A stretch of DNA of 13,364 bases from an uncultured bacterium (GCA_964534375.1 CAZHPN010000167.1:1-13364); one strand, 5' to 3'; counted from the stretch's first letter, positions 1 to 9,896 are shown. Made by a program: numbers and translations. The notes: generated by a model from the sequence alone, not told the origin.

Positions 1-309
1 CGATGCGAACATATGGCCCTGGTCCGACGGCGCACCCGGCGGACCGCGCATCCGAGCCGCTGACTCGTGCAAGCAGGGCGCCAAGCGGCAGCCGATTTCG
101 AATTTTGCGCGCGGGCCGCTAACTGGTTGTCTTCACGGGCGTTTTCGGTGGACTAGCAGAATCACAAGCCGTTTTGGCGCCGGCGGGGGAATCGGTTTCC
201 GGGCAACCGTTCCCGTGGTGAAGGGAATCGTCACCTCAAAAAAAGGGTTGGTTCGCGGATGTTGACATCAATTAAGACGCATCGGCGTTGCGCCGGCTTC
301 GCACAATGT

Positions 310-1590
310 TCAATCTCGTGCGCAACGGAAACCAAAACTGTAGTACCGAACATCGGGCGAGTCCCAAAATCGGTCGGACGCTCGCGTTGCCGCGGCGGGG
401 GTGCGCCACGAGTCGCCGCGCAAGACGCGGCGTTTGCCGGAACTCGGACCCTTCGGGTTTACCGCAGGCGAGGACGCGTAATATCGCTCGTCGTACCAGT
501 CCGCACACCACTCCCACACATTGCCCAGCATGTCGTACAGACCGTAGCCGTTCGGCTTTTTCTGGCCGACCGGGTGGGTCTTGTTGTCGGAATTCTCGGC
601 GCACCAGGCAATGGCGTCGAGGTCGCCATAGCGCGCGGCCGTCTTTCCGCCGCGCGCGGCAAACTCCCACTCGGCCTCGGTCGGCAGGCGCTTGCCTGAT
701 TTCTCGCAATAGCTTCGCGCTTCGTCCCACGTGACGCTGTCGACGGGGCAGGTCGGGCAGCCGGAAAAATGGCTGGGGTTGGCGCCCATCATCGCCTGGA
801 AAGCGGCCTGGGTCACCGCCGTCGCGTCCAACCAGAACGGGCTGACGGTCACCTCGTGCGCCGGTTTCTCGTCGTCGTAGCATTCCGCATCGCCCGGCGA
901 GCAACCCATCGCGAACGTTCCGCCGGGAAGGCGAACGAGGCCGACCGGCGGCGGCGCATCGGCGTCGCGGACGCATCGCACTCCCCCGAGGTCGTCGCGG
1001 CCGACAGGCGAGCCGCGGCCGCGGTAGGAAGCGCGCACGATCCAGGGCCCGGTTTCCCACGTGCCGCCGCGCCAGACGCGGTACGTGCCGGCGCCCGGCC
1101 CCGTGGGGTTTTCCGCGGGCGACGACGCGTAATACGTTTCGTCCCACCAATCCGCGCACCACTCCCACACGTTGCCCAGCATGTCGTACAGGCCGTACGC
1201 GTTCGGCTGTTTTTCGCCAACCGGATGCGTTTTGCCGCCCGCGTTGTTTTTATACCAAGCCACGGTGTCCAAGTCGCCGTACCGCGCCGCCGTCGTTCCG
1301 CCCCGCGCCGCAAACTCCCATTCGGCCTCCGTCGGCAGCCGCTTGCCCGCTTTCTCGCAATAGCTTTGCGCATCGTGCCAAGAGACGCTGTCCGCGGGGC
1401 AATTCGGGCAATCGGCGAAGCGGCTGAAGTAGGTTCCCATCGCCTTTTCGTACTGCGTGTGGGTCGCCAGCCTCGCGTCCATCCAGAACGCGTTGACCGT
1501 CACGCGATGGGCCGGCTGCTCGTTGTCGTAGCATGCCGCATCCCCCGGCGAGCAACCCATTAGAAACGTTCCCCCGGGAACCCGCACCAT
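310..1590 (-). repeat. Intragenic tandem domain duplication: copy 1 about 964-1590, copy 2 about 313-939; third paralogous copy about 12540-13166 (+)
   Basis: Long near-identical peptide blocks in both halves (GKRLPTEAEWEFAARGG, YGLYDMLGNVWEWCADW, MGCSPGDA) with visible DNA similarity. Confidence 0.9.
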
Positions 1591-1674
1591 GCCCGAGAAC
1601 GCCTCGTCCGCGAGGGCCGGCGCCGCCGCCAGCAGCAGAATCGCGAACATTGACGCAAACCGCCTTCCGGACAT
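310..1674 (-). CDS. Exported protein with two tandem FGE-sulfatase (SUMF1/CLec-fold) domains, probably non-catalytic
   Basis: Two copies of PGGTFxMG...RLPTEAEWEFAARGG...PNxYGLYDMLGNVWEWCADW...RVxRG.[ST]W...GxRCxRD, joined by the linker ADAPPPVG. Start moved to ATG 1674, which follows GGAGGAG. N-terminal signal peptide MSGRRFASMFAILLLAAAPALA. Confidence 0.92.
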   Translation of the reverse strand: MSGRRFASMFAILLLAAAPALADEAFSGMVRVPGGTFLMGCSPGDAACYDNEQPAHRVTVNAFWMDARLATHTQYEKAMGTYFSRFADCPNCPADSVSWHDAQSYCEKAGKRLPTEAEWEFAARGGTTAARYGDLDTVAWYKNNAGGKTHPVGEKQPNAYGLYDMLGNVWEWCADWWDETYYASSPAENPTGPGAGTYRVWRGGTWETGPWIVRASYRGRGSPVGRDDLGGVRCVRDADAPPPVGLVRLPGGTFAMGCSPGDAECYDDEKPAHEVTVSPFWLDATAVTQAAFQAMMGANPSHFSGCPTCPVDSVTWDEARSYCEKSGKRLPTEAEWEFAARGGKTAARYGDLDAIAWCAENSDNKTHPVGQKKPNGYGLYDMLGNVWEWCADWYDERYYASSPAVNPKGPSSGKRRVLRGDSWRTPAAATRASDRFWDSPDVRYYSFGFRCARD

Positions 1675-1993
1675 GAACTCCTCCGCGCACATTTTTGAGA
1701 TTACGCTGGCGTCACAGCGCGTTCAAGCAGCCGGACCGAATTTCGCGGTTTGGGAGTCCGCGGGCACGAGCGCCAGCGCCGAAAAGAGGGCGAGGGCGGT
1801 CAAGAGCCGGCGCAACAGCGGGCGTTCGAGGCGGCCGCCGCCGCTGTCCCGGCGGCGTCGCGATTGCGCGCCCGGCGATTCGCGCGTACCTTGAAAATAT
1901 GGCCCGGCGAGGCGATCCCGCCGAATTCCTCGAGACGTACGGCGCGCGGAAACGCCGCCTCACCGATTGCCCCGAGGGCACAGAGAAAACACC

Positions 1994-2893
1994 ATGAATG
2001 CTCGTCCGATTTTCAGCCGGGAGGCATGTACGCTCTGCGGGACGTGCGTGGCGGATTGTCCGCGCCGAATTCTCGCGATCGTCGACCAAGCGGTCGTTCT
2101 GACCGAAGACGCCTGCCTGCTCTGCGCGCACTGCTACGCTGTTTGTCCGGCGAACGCTGTCGCGTTCGATTCGGATCGATTGCAGGCGCCGACGTTTCGG
2201 ACGTTTGCGCCTCCCGAACAAGTGTTCGACGCGCAGCGCATCGACGCCACGATGTTGGCGGGCGCCGCGTTGTCGCGCCGCAGCATTCGCCGTTTCCAGG
2301 ACACGCCGGTTTCGCGGGAAGCGCTCGCCGACCTGGTCGAATTCGCGGCCACGGCGCCGTCGGGGAGCAACAGCCGGAATTGGGAGTTTTCCGTGGTGAG
2401 CACGGCCGCCGGCGTCGCCGCCGTGCGCGCCCGACTCGTCGCCTTTTACCGCCGGCTCAATCGCCTGGCGGGGAATCCCATCGTCCGGGCGCTGAGCGTG
2501 CCGGTCACGGGCAAGCGGCTGCTCGATTATCATCGCCTGCGGCGCGTCCGCATCGAGTTCATGGTTCGGCAGGCCGACGCCGGTCGCGATTTGTTCTTCT
2601 GGGGCGCGCCGGCCTTGATCGTCGTGCACAGCGGTCCGGACGGCAGCACGCCGCTCGAAGATGCGCAATACGCCGCCTACAACATCACTTTATTGGCGCA
2701 CGCGCTCGGTCTGGGAACCTGTTTCATCGGCTACGCGCGCGAAGCCGTCAACCGCGACGCCCGGCTCAAAACGCTGCTCGGCATTCCGCGGCGCCACAAG
2801 GCCCACGCGGTGCTGGCGGTCGGCCACCCGGACGTCAGCTATGCGCGATTGCCGCTGCGTAAAAATTTCCAGGTGAATTGGGTCGAAGCGTAG
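1994..2893 (+). CDS. Nitroreductase family protein with N-terminal 2x[4Fe-4S] ferredoxin domain
   Basis: Two CxxCxxCxxxCP motifs (CTLCGTCVADCP, CLLCAHCYAVCP), followed by nitroreductase motifs RRSIRRF, APSGSNSRNWEF and LAHALGLGTCFIG. ATG at 1994 chosen as start. Confidence 0.92.
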   Translation: MNARPIFSREACTLCGTCVADCPRRILAIVDQAVVLTEDACLLCAHCYAVCPANAVAFDSDRLQAPTFRTFAPPEQVFDAQRIDATMLAGAALSRRSIRRFQDTPVSREALADLVEFAATAPSGSNSRNWEFSVVSTAAGVAAVRARLVAFYRRLNRLAGNPIVRALSVPVTGKRLLDYHRLRRVRIEFMVRQADAGRDLFFWGAPALIVVHSGPDGSTPLEDAQYAAYNITLLAHALGLGTCFIGYAREAVNRDARLKTLLGIPRRHKAHAVLAVGHPDVSYARLPLRKNFQVNWVEA

Positions 2894-2925
2894 GGCGATG
2901 CCCGAGGAAGGCTCGTGGTCGCCCG

Positions 2926-5264
<2,339 letters not shown>

Positions 5265-5386
5265 TCATTGTTTTCCGGCCCCGCGTAAAGACGCCCGGCG
5301 ACGGGCCAGCGCGCGGCCGAACGCGACCGGTCGCCGGGTGCGACGATCTCGCCGGGGCGCCCCGAACCGCGGGTGGGAAAGCGTCG

Positions 5387-5424
5387 ATGGGACGTATAGG
5401 TCTTATAGGACATATAGGTCCCAT
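5387..5424. repeat. 9-bp-period tandem repeat that is also an imperfect palindrome
   Basis: ATGGGACGT-ATAGGTCTT-ATAGGACAT-ATAGGTCCC-AT. The ends ATGGGAC and GTCCCAT are reverse complements. Confidence 0.8.
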
Positions 5425-5532
5425 ATCGGCGACAAACGGGCAAAAAAGGTCGCCTTTTTACGCGCCGAAACGAACAGCCGCTTCGCGAGCGGTTGCTCGC
5501 CGCGATCGACGCTCGATTGTCCCAGAAAAAGC

Positions 5533-5561
5533 TTGACTTCAATTGGCACAACCATTACCAT
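5533..5561 (+). promoter_or_regulatory. Putative sigma70 promoter for the nucleosidase-like/S53 unit
   Basis: TTGACT (5533-5538), 17-nt spacer, TACCAT (5556-5561), with an A-tract just upstream, in a locally AT-rich patch. Confidence 0.6.
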
Positions 5562-5729
5562 ATATCGGCAACATCGAATTACCGTCATCGAAGCGAACCG
5601 AAGGCGAACTCGCCCAGCGAGGGAACGGCATGCCGTTCTGCCGACGATCGTCATTTCGATATCGGGCGCGGCAGCCGCCCCGTCGAAATATCTGTCACAT
5701 AATAACCAAACACGGGGAGGGGAAACACG

Positions 5730-6833
5730 ATGAAACCACAAATTGATCCGCACGATTTGCACCTGAACTACAACCCGGAAGAACCGCAGGAACGGTTCAA
5801 AGCCGCGGGATTGGAGGCCGCGTTGACGGCGCGCGCCGGCGACCGCCTGCCCAGTGCGCCGCCGTGGCCGGCCGGGAAGGCGCCGGCGGCGGCGCCGTTG
5901 CCCAAAGCGCCCGCGGAAACCGACGACCTGTCGAAGTTTCGCGGCTACGACGCGGTGGTCGTCACCTGGACGTCGGCGGAAGCCGCGGCGCTGGCCGCGC
6001 TGTTCACGCCCGGTTATTCGACGTCGGCATGGTACGAATATCGGCATGACGTGGCCGCCTATTTGCCGCTGGTCACGGGCGGCCGGGCGCCGTTTAACGA
6101 CAAACAAACCGACATGGCCCGTTATTATCACAGCCTCGGCCTGTATTTCCCGGTCCGCATCGGCGGCGCCAAAGTCCTGGTGATGAAATCCGGCTTGCAC
6201 CTCGATTATGACGGGCCGGCGATCCCGGTGCGCAAGCTGATGGGCGAGATTGCCCAGGTGGTGCAACCGAAGGTGTTCATCACCACGGGCACCGGCGGCG
6301 GCATCGGCAGCGACGTGGCGCTCGGCGATGTGGTCATTGCCGGCAAAACCGTGTTCGATTGCGTCACCCAATTCAAAGACCCGCAGAAATTTCCGTGGAA
6401 CTGCGGCAGCTATTGCCCCGCGTCCGTCCCGCGCCAGGCCCTGGCCGCGATCACGCCCGCGTTGACGTACGTCAACGCCGCTCGCGTGCCGAACGCCCGG
6501 TCGACGCCGACGATCTGGTGCGCGCCCACCGACGCCATCGTGACGACGGACTTTTTCGGCTTCGACGATTCGACCGACTATTACCATCTTCAGGGGCTGG
6601 GCCGCGTCTGCGATATGGGCGACGCGATGGTCGGTTTGGCGATGCAGTCGTATCCGGACATCCAATGGTTCGCGATCCGCAACGCGTCCGACCCGCAGAT
6701 TCCGAATCCGAACCACGACATCAAGGCCGCCGACAAAGAAGCGGGGGAAATTTATTCCAAATATGGGGCGTTCACGACCGCGGCCAGCGTCATCGCGACG
6801 TGGGCGGTCATCGACGCCATCGTCAATCGATAG
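5730..6833 (+). CDS. Atypical PNP_UDP_1 / MTA-SAH nucleosidase-fold protein with N-terminal extension
   Basis: VVVTWTSAE (aligns to IIGAMEEE), FITTGTGGGIGSDVALGDVVIA (the GxAGG...GDVV signature), VTTDFF, DMGD (in place of EME) and AIRNASD (RxxSD). RBS GGGGAGGGG upstream. Confidence 0.72.
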   Translation: MKPQIDPHDLHLNYNPEEPQERFKAAGLEAALTARAGDRLPSAPPWPAGKAPAAAPLPKAPAETDDLSKFRGYDAVVVTWTSAEAAALAALFTPGYSTSAWYEYRHDVAAYLPLVTGGRAPFNDKQTDMARYYHSLGLYFPVRIGGAKVLVMKSGLHLDYDGPAIPVRKLMGEIAQVVQPKVFITTGTGGGIGSDVALGDVVIAGKTVFDCVTQFKDPQKFPWNCGSYCPASVPRQALAAITPALTYVNAARVPNARSTPTIWCAPTDAIVTTDFFGFDDSTDYYHLQGLGRVCDMGDAMVGLAMQSYPDIQWFAIRNASDPQIPNPNHDIKAADKEAGEIYSKYGAFTTAASVIATWAVIDAIVNR

Positions 6834-6880
6834 TCGACAGCGCAACGGGGTCGCAATTTCGAACCAGAAAGGAACCGAAG

Positions 6881-8515
6881 ATGAACCAGGCGAAACACGT
6901 GAAATTGAACGGGAGCGAGCGTGCGGTCATGCCCGGCGCGCAGGTCGCCCGGGCGGCCGATCCGGACGAATGCGTGGAATTGACCGTCAAGATCCGCGGC
7001 AAAGCGGCGATGCCGCCGCTCGAAGGGCGCCCGAGCGACATCCTGACGCACGCCCAATTGATCGAGAAATACGGCGCGGCGGATGCCGATATTCAGTTGG
7101 TGCGGAAAACGCTCGAACAGTACGGCCTCGATTTTGTCGAGGCGAACGCCGGCGCCCGCAGCATCCAATTCTGCGGGCCGGTGAGCGCGATCGAAAAAGC
7201 GTTTCAGGTGAAGTTGTTCCACTACACCCACGAGCAGGGCGACTACCGCGGGCGCGCCGGCGCCATCCATCTGCCGGCGGAACTCGACGGCGTCGTGGAA
7301 GGGGTCTTCGGCCTCGATACGCGCCGGGTGGTGCAAAGGCGCGGCGGGCACGGACACGCGGCCCGGGAGTTGACGGCGGCGACGATTGCGCGGCGGCCGT
7401 GGTTTTTCCCGGCGGAACTGGCGGCGCTCTATGATTTCCCGGCCGGCGACGGCGCGGGGCAGTGCGTCGGTCTGTTGGAGTTCGGCGGCGGCTATTTCCC
7501 GGCGGACCTGCAGGCTTTCTGCCAGACGGCCAAGGTCGGCGTGCCGAAAGTCACCGCGGTGAGCGTGAATCACACGGCGACGAACCGGCACGACGGCGCG
7601 GAAGGCGAGGTGATGCTGGACGTCGAGGTCGTCGCGGGGGTTTGCCCGAAGGCCGACATCGCCGTCTACTTCAGCAAATTCTCGGAAGCCGGGTGGGTCG
7701 CGGCGATCGACGCGGCGATTCACGACCAGAAAAACAATCCGTCGGTCATCTCGATCAGTTGGGGTTACGCCGAGGATTACGCCGGCGCTTGGACCACGGC
7801 CGCGATCAACGCCGTGAATCAAACCTTGCAGCAAGCGGCGATGCTCGGCAAAACCGTGTGCGTGGCGGCGGGCGACGACGGTTCCAGCGACGCGCAAACC
7901 GACGGCCACGCCCACGTGAATTTCCCGGCGACCAGCCCCTATGTGTTGGCGGTCGGCGGCACCACGGTCCGCAAGGCCGCGGGCAACGTGACGGAAGTCG
8001 CCTGGAAAGACGGCAGCGGCGTTCGCCCCAACGGCGGCAGCACCGGCGGCGGCGTCAGCACGCGCATTCCGCGGCCGGCCTGGCAGCACAACGTCGCGGT
8101 GCAATCGGTCAACCCCGGCGCGATGGCCGGTCGCGTCGTGCCGGATATCGCGGCCGACGCCAGCGCGAACACCGGTTACTGGACGGTGGTCGACGGGCAG
8201 GGCGAGCCGTCCGGCGGCACCAGCGCCTCGTCGCCGCTGTGGGCGGCGTTGATCGCGCGCATCAACGCGAAATTGCCGCAGGGCAAAGCGGCCGGTTATT
8301 TGACGCCGTTGCTGTACGCGAACGTGGCCGGCGGCACGATGGGCTCGACATGCTGCAAAGACATCACCAGCGGCAACAACGTGACGGCCGCGGTCGGCGG
8401 CTACTATGCGCAAGCCGGGTATGACGCCGTCACCGGCTGGGGCGCGCCCAACGGGAACAAATTGCTCGCGGCGCTCACGACGATGGTGGCCGGCGCCGGC
8501 GGCGCCAATACGTGA
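6881..8515 (+). CDS. S53 family (sedolisin/kumamolisin-like) serine-carboxyl peptidase with prodomain
   Basis: EVMLDVE (catalytic Glu/Asp), SISWG, AAGDDGS (oxyanion Asp), PATSPYVLAVGGT, GGTSASSPLWAA (catalytic Ser) and DITSGNN...GYDAVTGWG (Ca site). Prodomain ends near VEGVFGLD. AGAAAGGA RBS before ATG 6881. Confidence 0.95.
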   Translation: MNQAKHVKLNGSERAVMPGAQVARAADPDECVELTVKIRGKAAMPPLEGRPSDILTHAQLIEKYGAADADIQLVRKTLEQYGLDFVEANAGARSIQFCGPVSAIEKAFQVKLFHYTHEQGDYRGRAGAIHLPAELDGVVEGVFGLDTRRVVQRRGGHGHAARELTAATIARRPWFFPAELAALYDFPAGDGAGQCVGLLEFGGGYFPADLQAFCQTAKVGVPKVTAVSVNHTATNRHDGAEGEVMLDVEVVAGVCPKADIAVYFSKFSEAGWVAAIDAAIHDQKNNPSVISISWGYAEDYAGAWTTAAINAVNQTLQQAAMLGKTVCVAAGDDGSSDAQTDGHAHVNFPATSPYVLAVGGTTVRKAAGNVTEVAWKDGSGVRPNGGSTGGGVSTRIPRPAWQHNVAVQSVNPGAMAGRVVPDIAADASANTGYWTVVDGQGEPSGGTSASSPLWAALIARINAKLPQGKAAGYLTPLLYANVAGGTMGSTCCKDITSGNNVTAAVGGYYAQAGYDAVTGWGAPNGNKLLAALTTMVAGAGGANT

Positions 8516-8518
8516 ATG

Positions 8519-8555
8519 AAAACGCCGCCGGCGGCCGACGCCGGCGGCGTGGTTT
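8519..8555. terminator. Probable intrinsic, possibly bidirectional, terminator between convergent genes
   Basis: Perfect 12-bp stem ACGCCGCCGGCG (8522-8533) / CGCCGGCGGCGT (8539-8550) with a 5-nt loop, flanked by AAAA on the left and GGTTT on the right. The U-tracts are short. Confidence 0.65.
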
Positions 8556-8654
8556 CGGGTACCGAACGGCTTCTGCGGCGGCCATCGGATGGTCGCGGCG
8601 GCGCCGTGGCCGCAAGCGATCCAACCTCAGTCCAGTGCAGAACCCGCGGGCTGC

Positions 8655-9095
8655 CTATTCGGGCGACGAGTCCGGCGGGGCGGTATTGACGAAGAAGTAT
8701 TGAATGATTTGGTTGCTGACGCCGCCGTCGTCATCGACGAGGGTGAGAGTGATTTTGCCGTTGTAGACGGCTTGGGCGACGACAGTGAAGGAGATCGTGC
8801 CGGCGTTCGCGTTGCCGATGAGTTGCGGATCGACGACCGGAATCGGCATCGTCTGTCCGCTGTAGGTGTTGGTCGAGAGAATGTTGATCTGCGGCTTGGT
8901 CATGGCGCCTTCGGCGTCGCGCCAACTGATGATGAAGGTCGATTGGTCGCCGGCGGTCACCGGATTCGGGTAGATTTCGAGGCTTTCGGCAATGGGCGCG
9001 AGAATCTGCCGCGTCGTCGGCGTGTTGCAAGCCGCGAGAAATGCGCCAAGGCTTGCCAGCCCGACCAGCAATGGGATAAACCTAGCGCGCACCAT
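8655..9095 (-). CDS. Hypothetical lipoprotein (146 aa), beta-rich
   Basis: GGAGG RBS. Signal MVRARFIPLLVGLASLGAFLAAC ends in the lipobox LAAC. Mature part has alternating hydrophobic, beta-strand-like patterns. Confidence 0.8.
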   Translation of the reverse strand: MVRARFIPLLVGLASLGAFLAACNTPTTRQILAPIAESLEIYPNPVTAGDQSTFIISWRDAEGAMTKPQINILSTNTYSGQTMPIPVVDPQLIGNANAGTISFTVVAQAVYNGKITLTLVDDDGGVSNQIIQYFFVNTAPPDSSPE

Positions 9096-9180
9096 GGTCG
9101 CCGCCTCCGGTGAAAAACGGTGTGTTACTGTACCGGTTCCGAAAGAAACCGCAAGGGCGGGCAGCCGGGCGAGGTGAAAG

Positions 9181-9894
9181 TTGGCGATTGCATCCGATGC
9201 GGAATTGCAGCTGGCCATCGGCCACGAATTCAACGATCCGGCGCTGCTGCGGCAGGCGCTGACCCATTCCAGCTACGCCAATGAAGATCCGGGCGGCGAC
9301 GATTACGAACGCCTGGAATTCCTCGGCGACGCCGTGCTCGAACTGATCGTGTCGCACATGCTGCTCGACCGTTTCCCCGAATGCCGCGAGGGCGAATTGT
9401 CGCAAATGCGGGCCAGCGCGGTGAATCGCCGGACGCTGGCGGCGATCGGCCGCCGCCTGCGGCTGGGCGAGCACACGCGGATGAGCCACGGCGAAGAGAA
9501 GACCGGCGGGCGCGACAAGGACACGATTCTGGCGGACGTCTTCGAAGCGGTGATCGGTTCGCTTTATCTCGACGCCGGCCTCGGCGCAGCGGCGGCGTTC
9601 ATCGAACGCTGGTTCGATCTGCTGTTCGAGGGCTACGACCGCCGCATCCTGTTCACCGACTACAAGACGCGGTTGCAGGAGACGACGCAGGCGAGATTCG
9701 GCGCGGCGCCGACCTACCGGGTGCTCGGCGCGACCGGCCCGGACCACGACAAACGCTTCACGATCGAGGCGTCGCTGGGCAGCAAGATATTCGGGGTCGG
9801 CCAGGGACGCAGCAAGAAGGACGCCGAGCAGGAAGCGGCCAAGGCGGCGTTCGAGAAAATTTCGCAAGACGAAAAAGAAGCGGAGAAACGCTGA
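9181..9894 (+). CDS. rnc: Ribonuclease III
   Basis: ALTHSSY, ERLEFLGDAVL signature, ADVFEAVIGSLYLD and dsRBD (DYKTRLQE...GRSKKDAEQEAA). TTG start after GAGGTG. Confidence 0.97.
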   Translation: MAIASDAELQLAIGHEFNDPALLRQALTHSSYANEDPGGDDYERLEFLGDAVLELIVSHMLLDRFPECREGELSQMRASAVNRRTLAAIGRRLRLGEHTRMSHGEEKTGGRDKDTILADVFEAVIGSLYLDAGLGAAAAFIERWFDLLFEGYDRRILFTDYKTRLQETTQARFGAAPTYRVLGATGPDHDKRFTIEASLGSKIFGVGQGRSKKDAEQEAAKAAFEKISQDEKEAEKR

Positions 9895-9896
9895 CC

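Noticed and set aside
236..249. TCAAAAAAAGGGTT similar to TCAAAAAAATGGGTT at 13262-13276, as possible element ends
   Set aside because: The match is short and low-complexity, it brackets essential housekeeping genes, and there is no integrase or transposase.
5387..5424. Possible CRISPR-like array
   Set aside because: The units are contiguous 9-mers with no spacers and there are no cas genes.
5601..5645. Resemblance to a c-di-GMP-I riboswitch (GGCGAA-stem-GG...TGCCGA)
   Set aside because: It lacks the GAAA tetraloop, the CGCAAAGC junction and a receptor-bearing second stem. Kept only as a generic structured leader.
6359..6880. Apparent 174-aa N-terminal extension of the S53 ORF, suggesting a fusion or frameshift with the upstream gene
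   Set aside because: It is an Arg-rich off-frame translation overlapping the PNP-like gene. A good RBS and ATG sit at 6881 and the upstream gene has its own stop at 6833.
6881..6960. Absence of a signal peptide on the S53 protease as a novelty in itself
   Set aside because: Kumamolisin-type S53 proteins often lack a classical signal peptide, so this alone does not establish cytoplasmic function.
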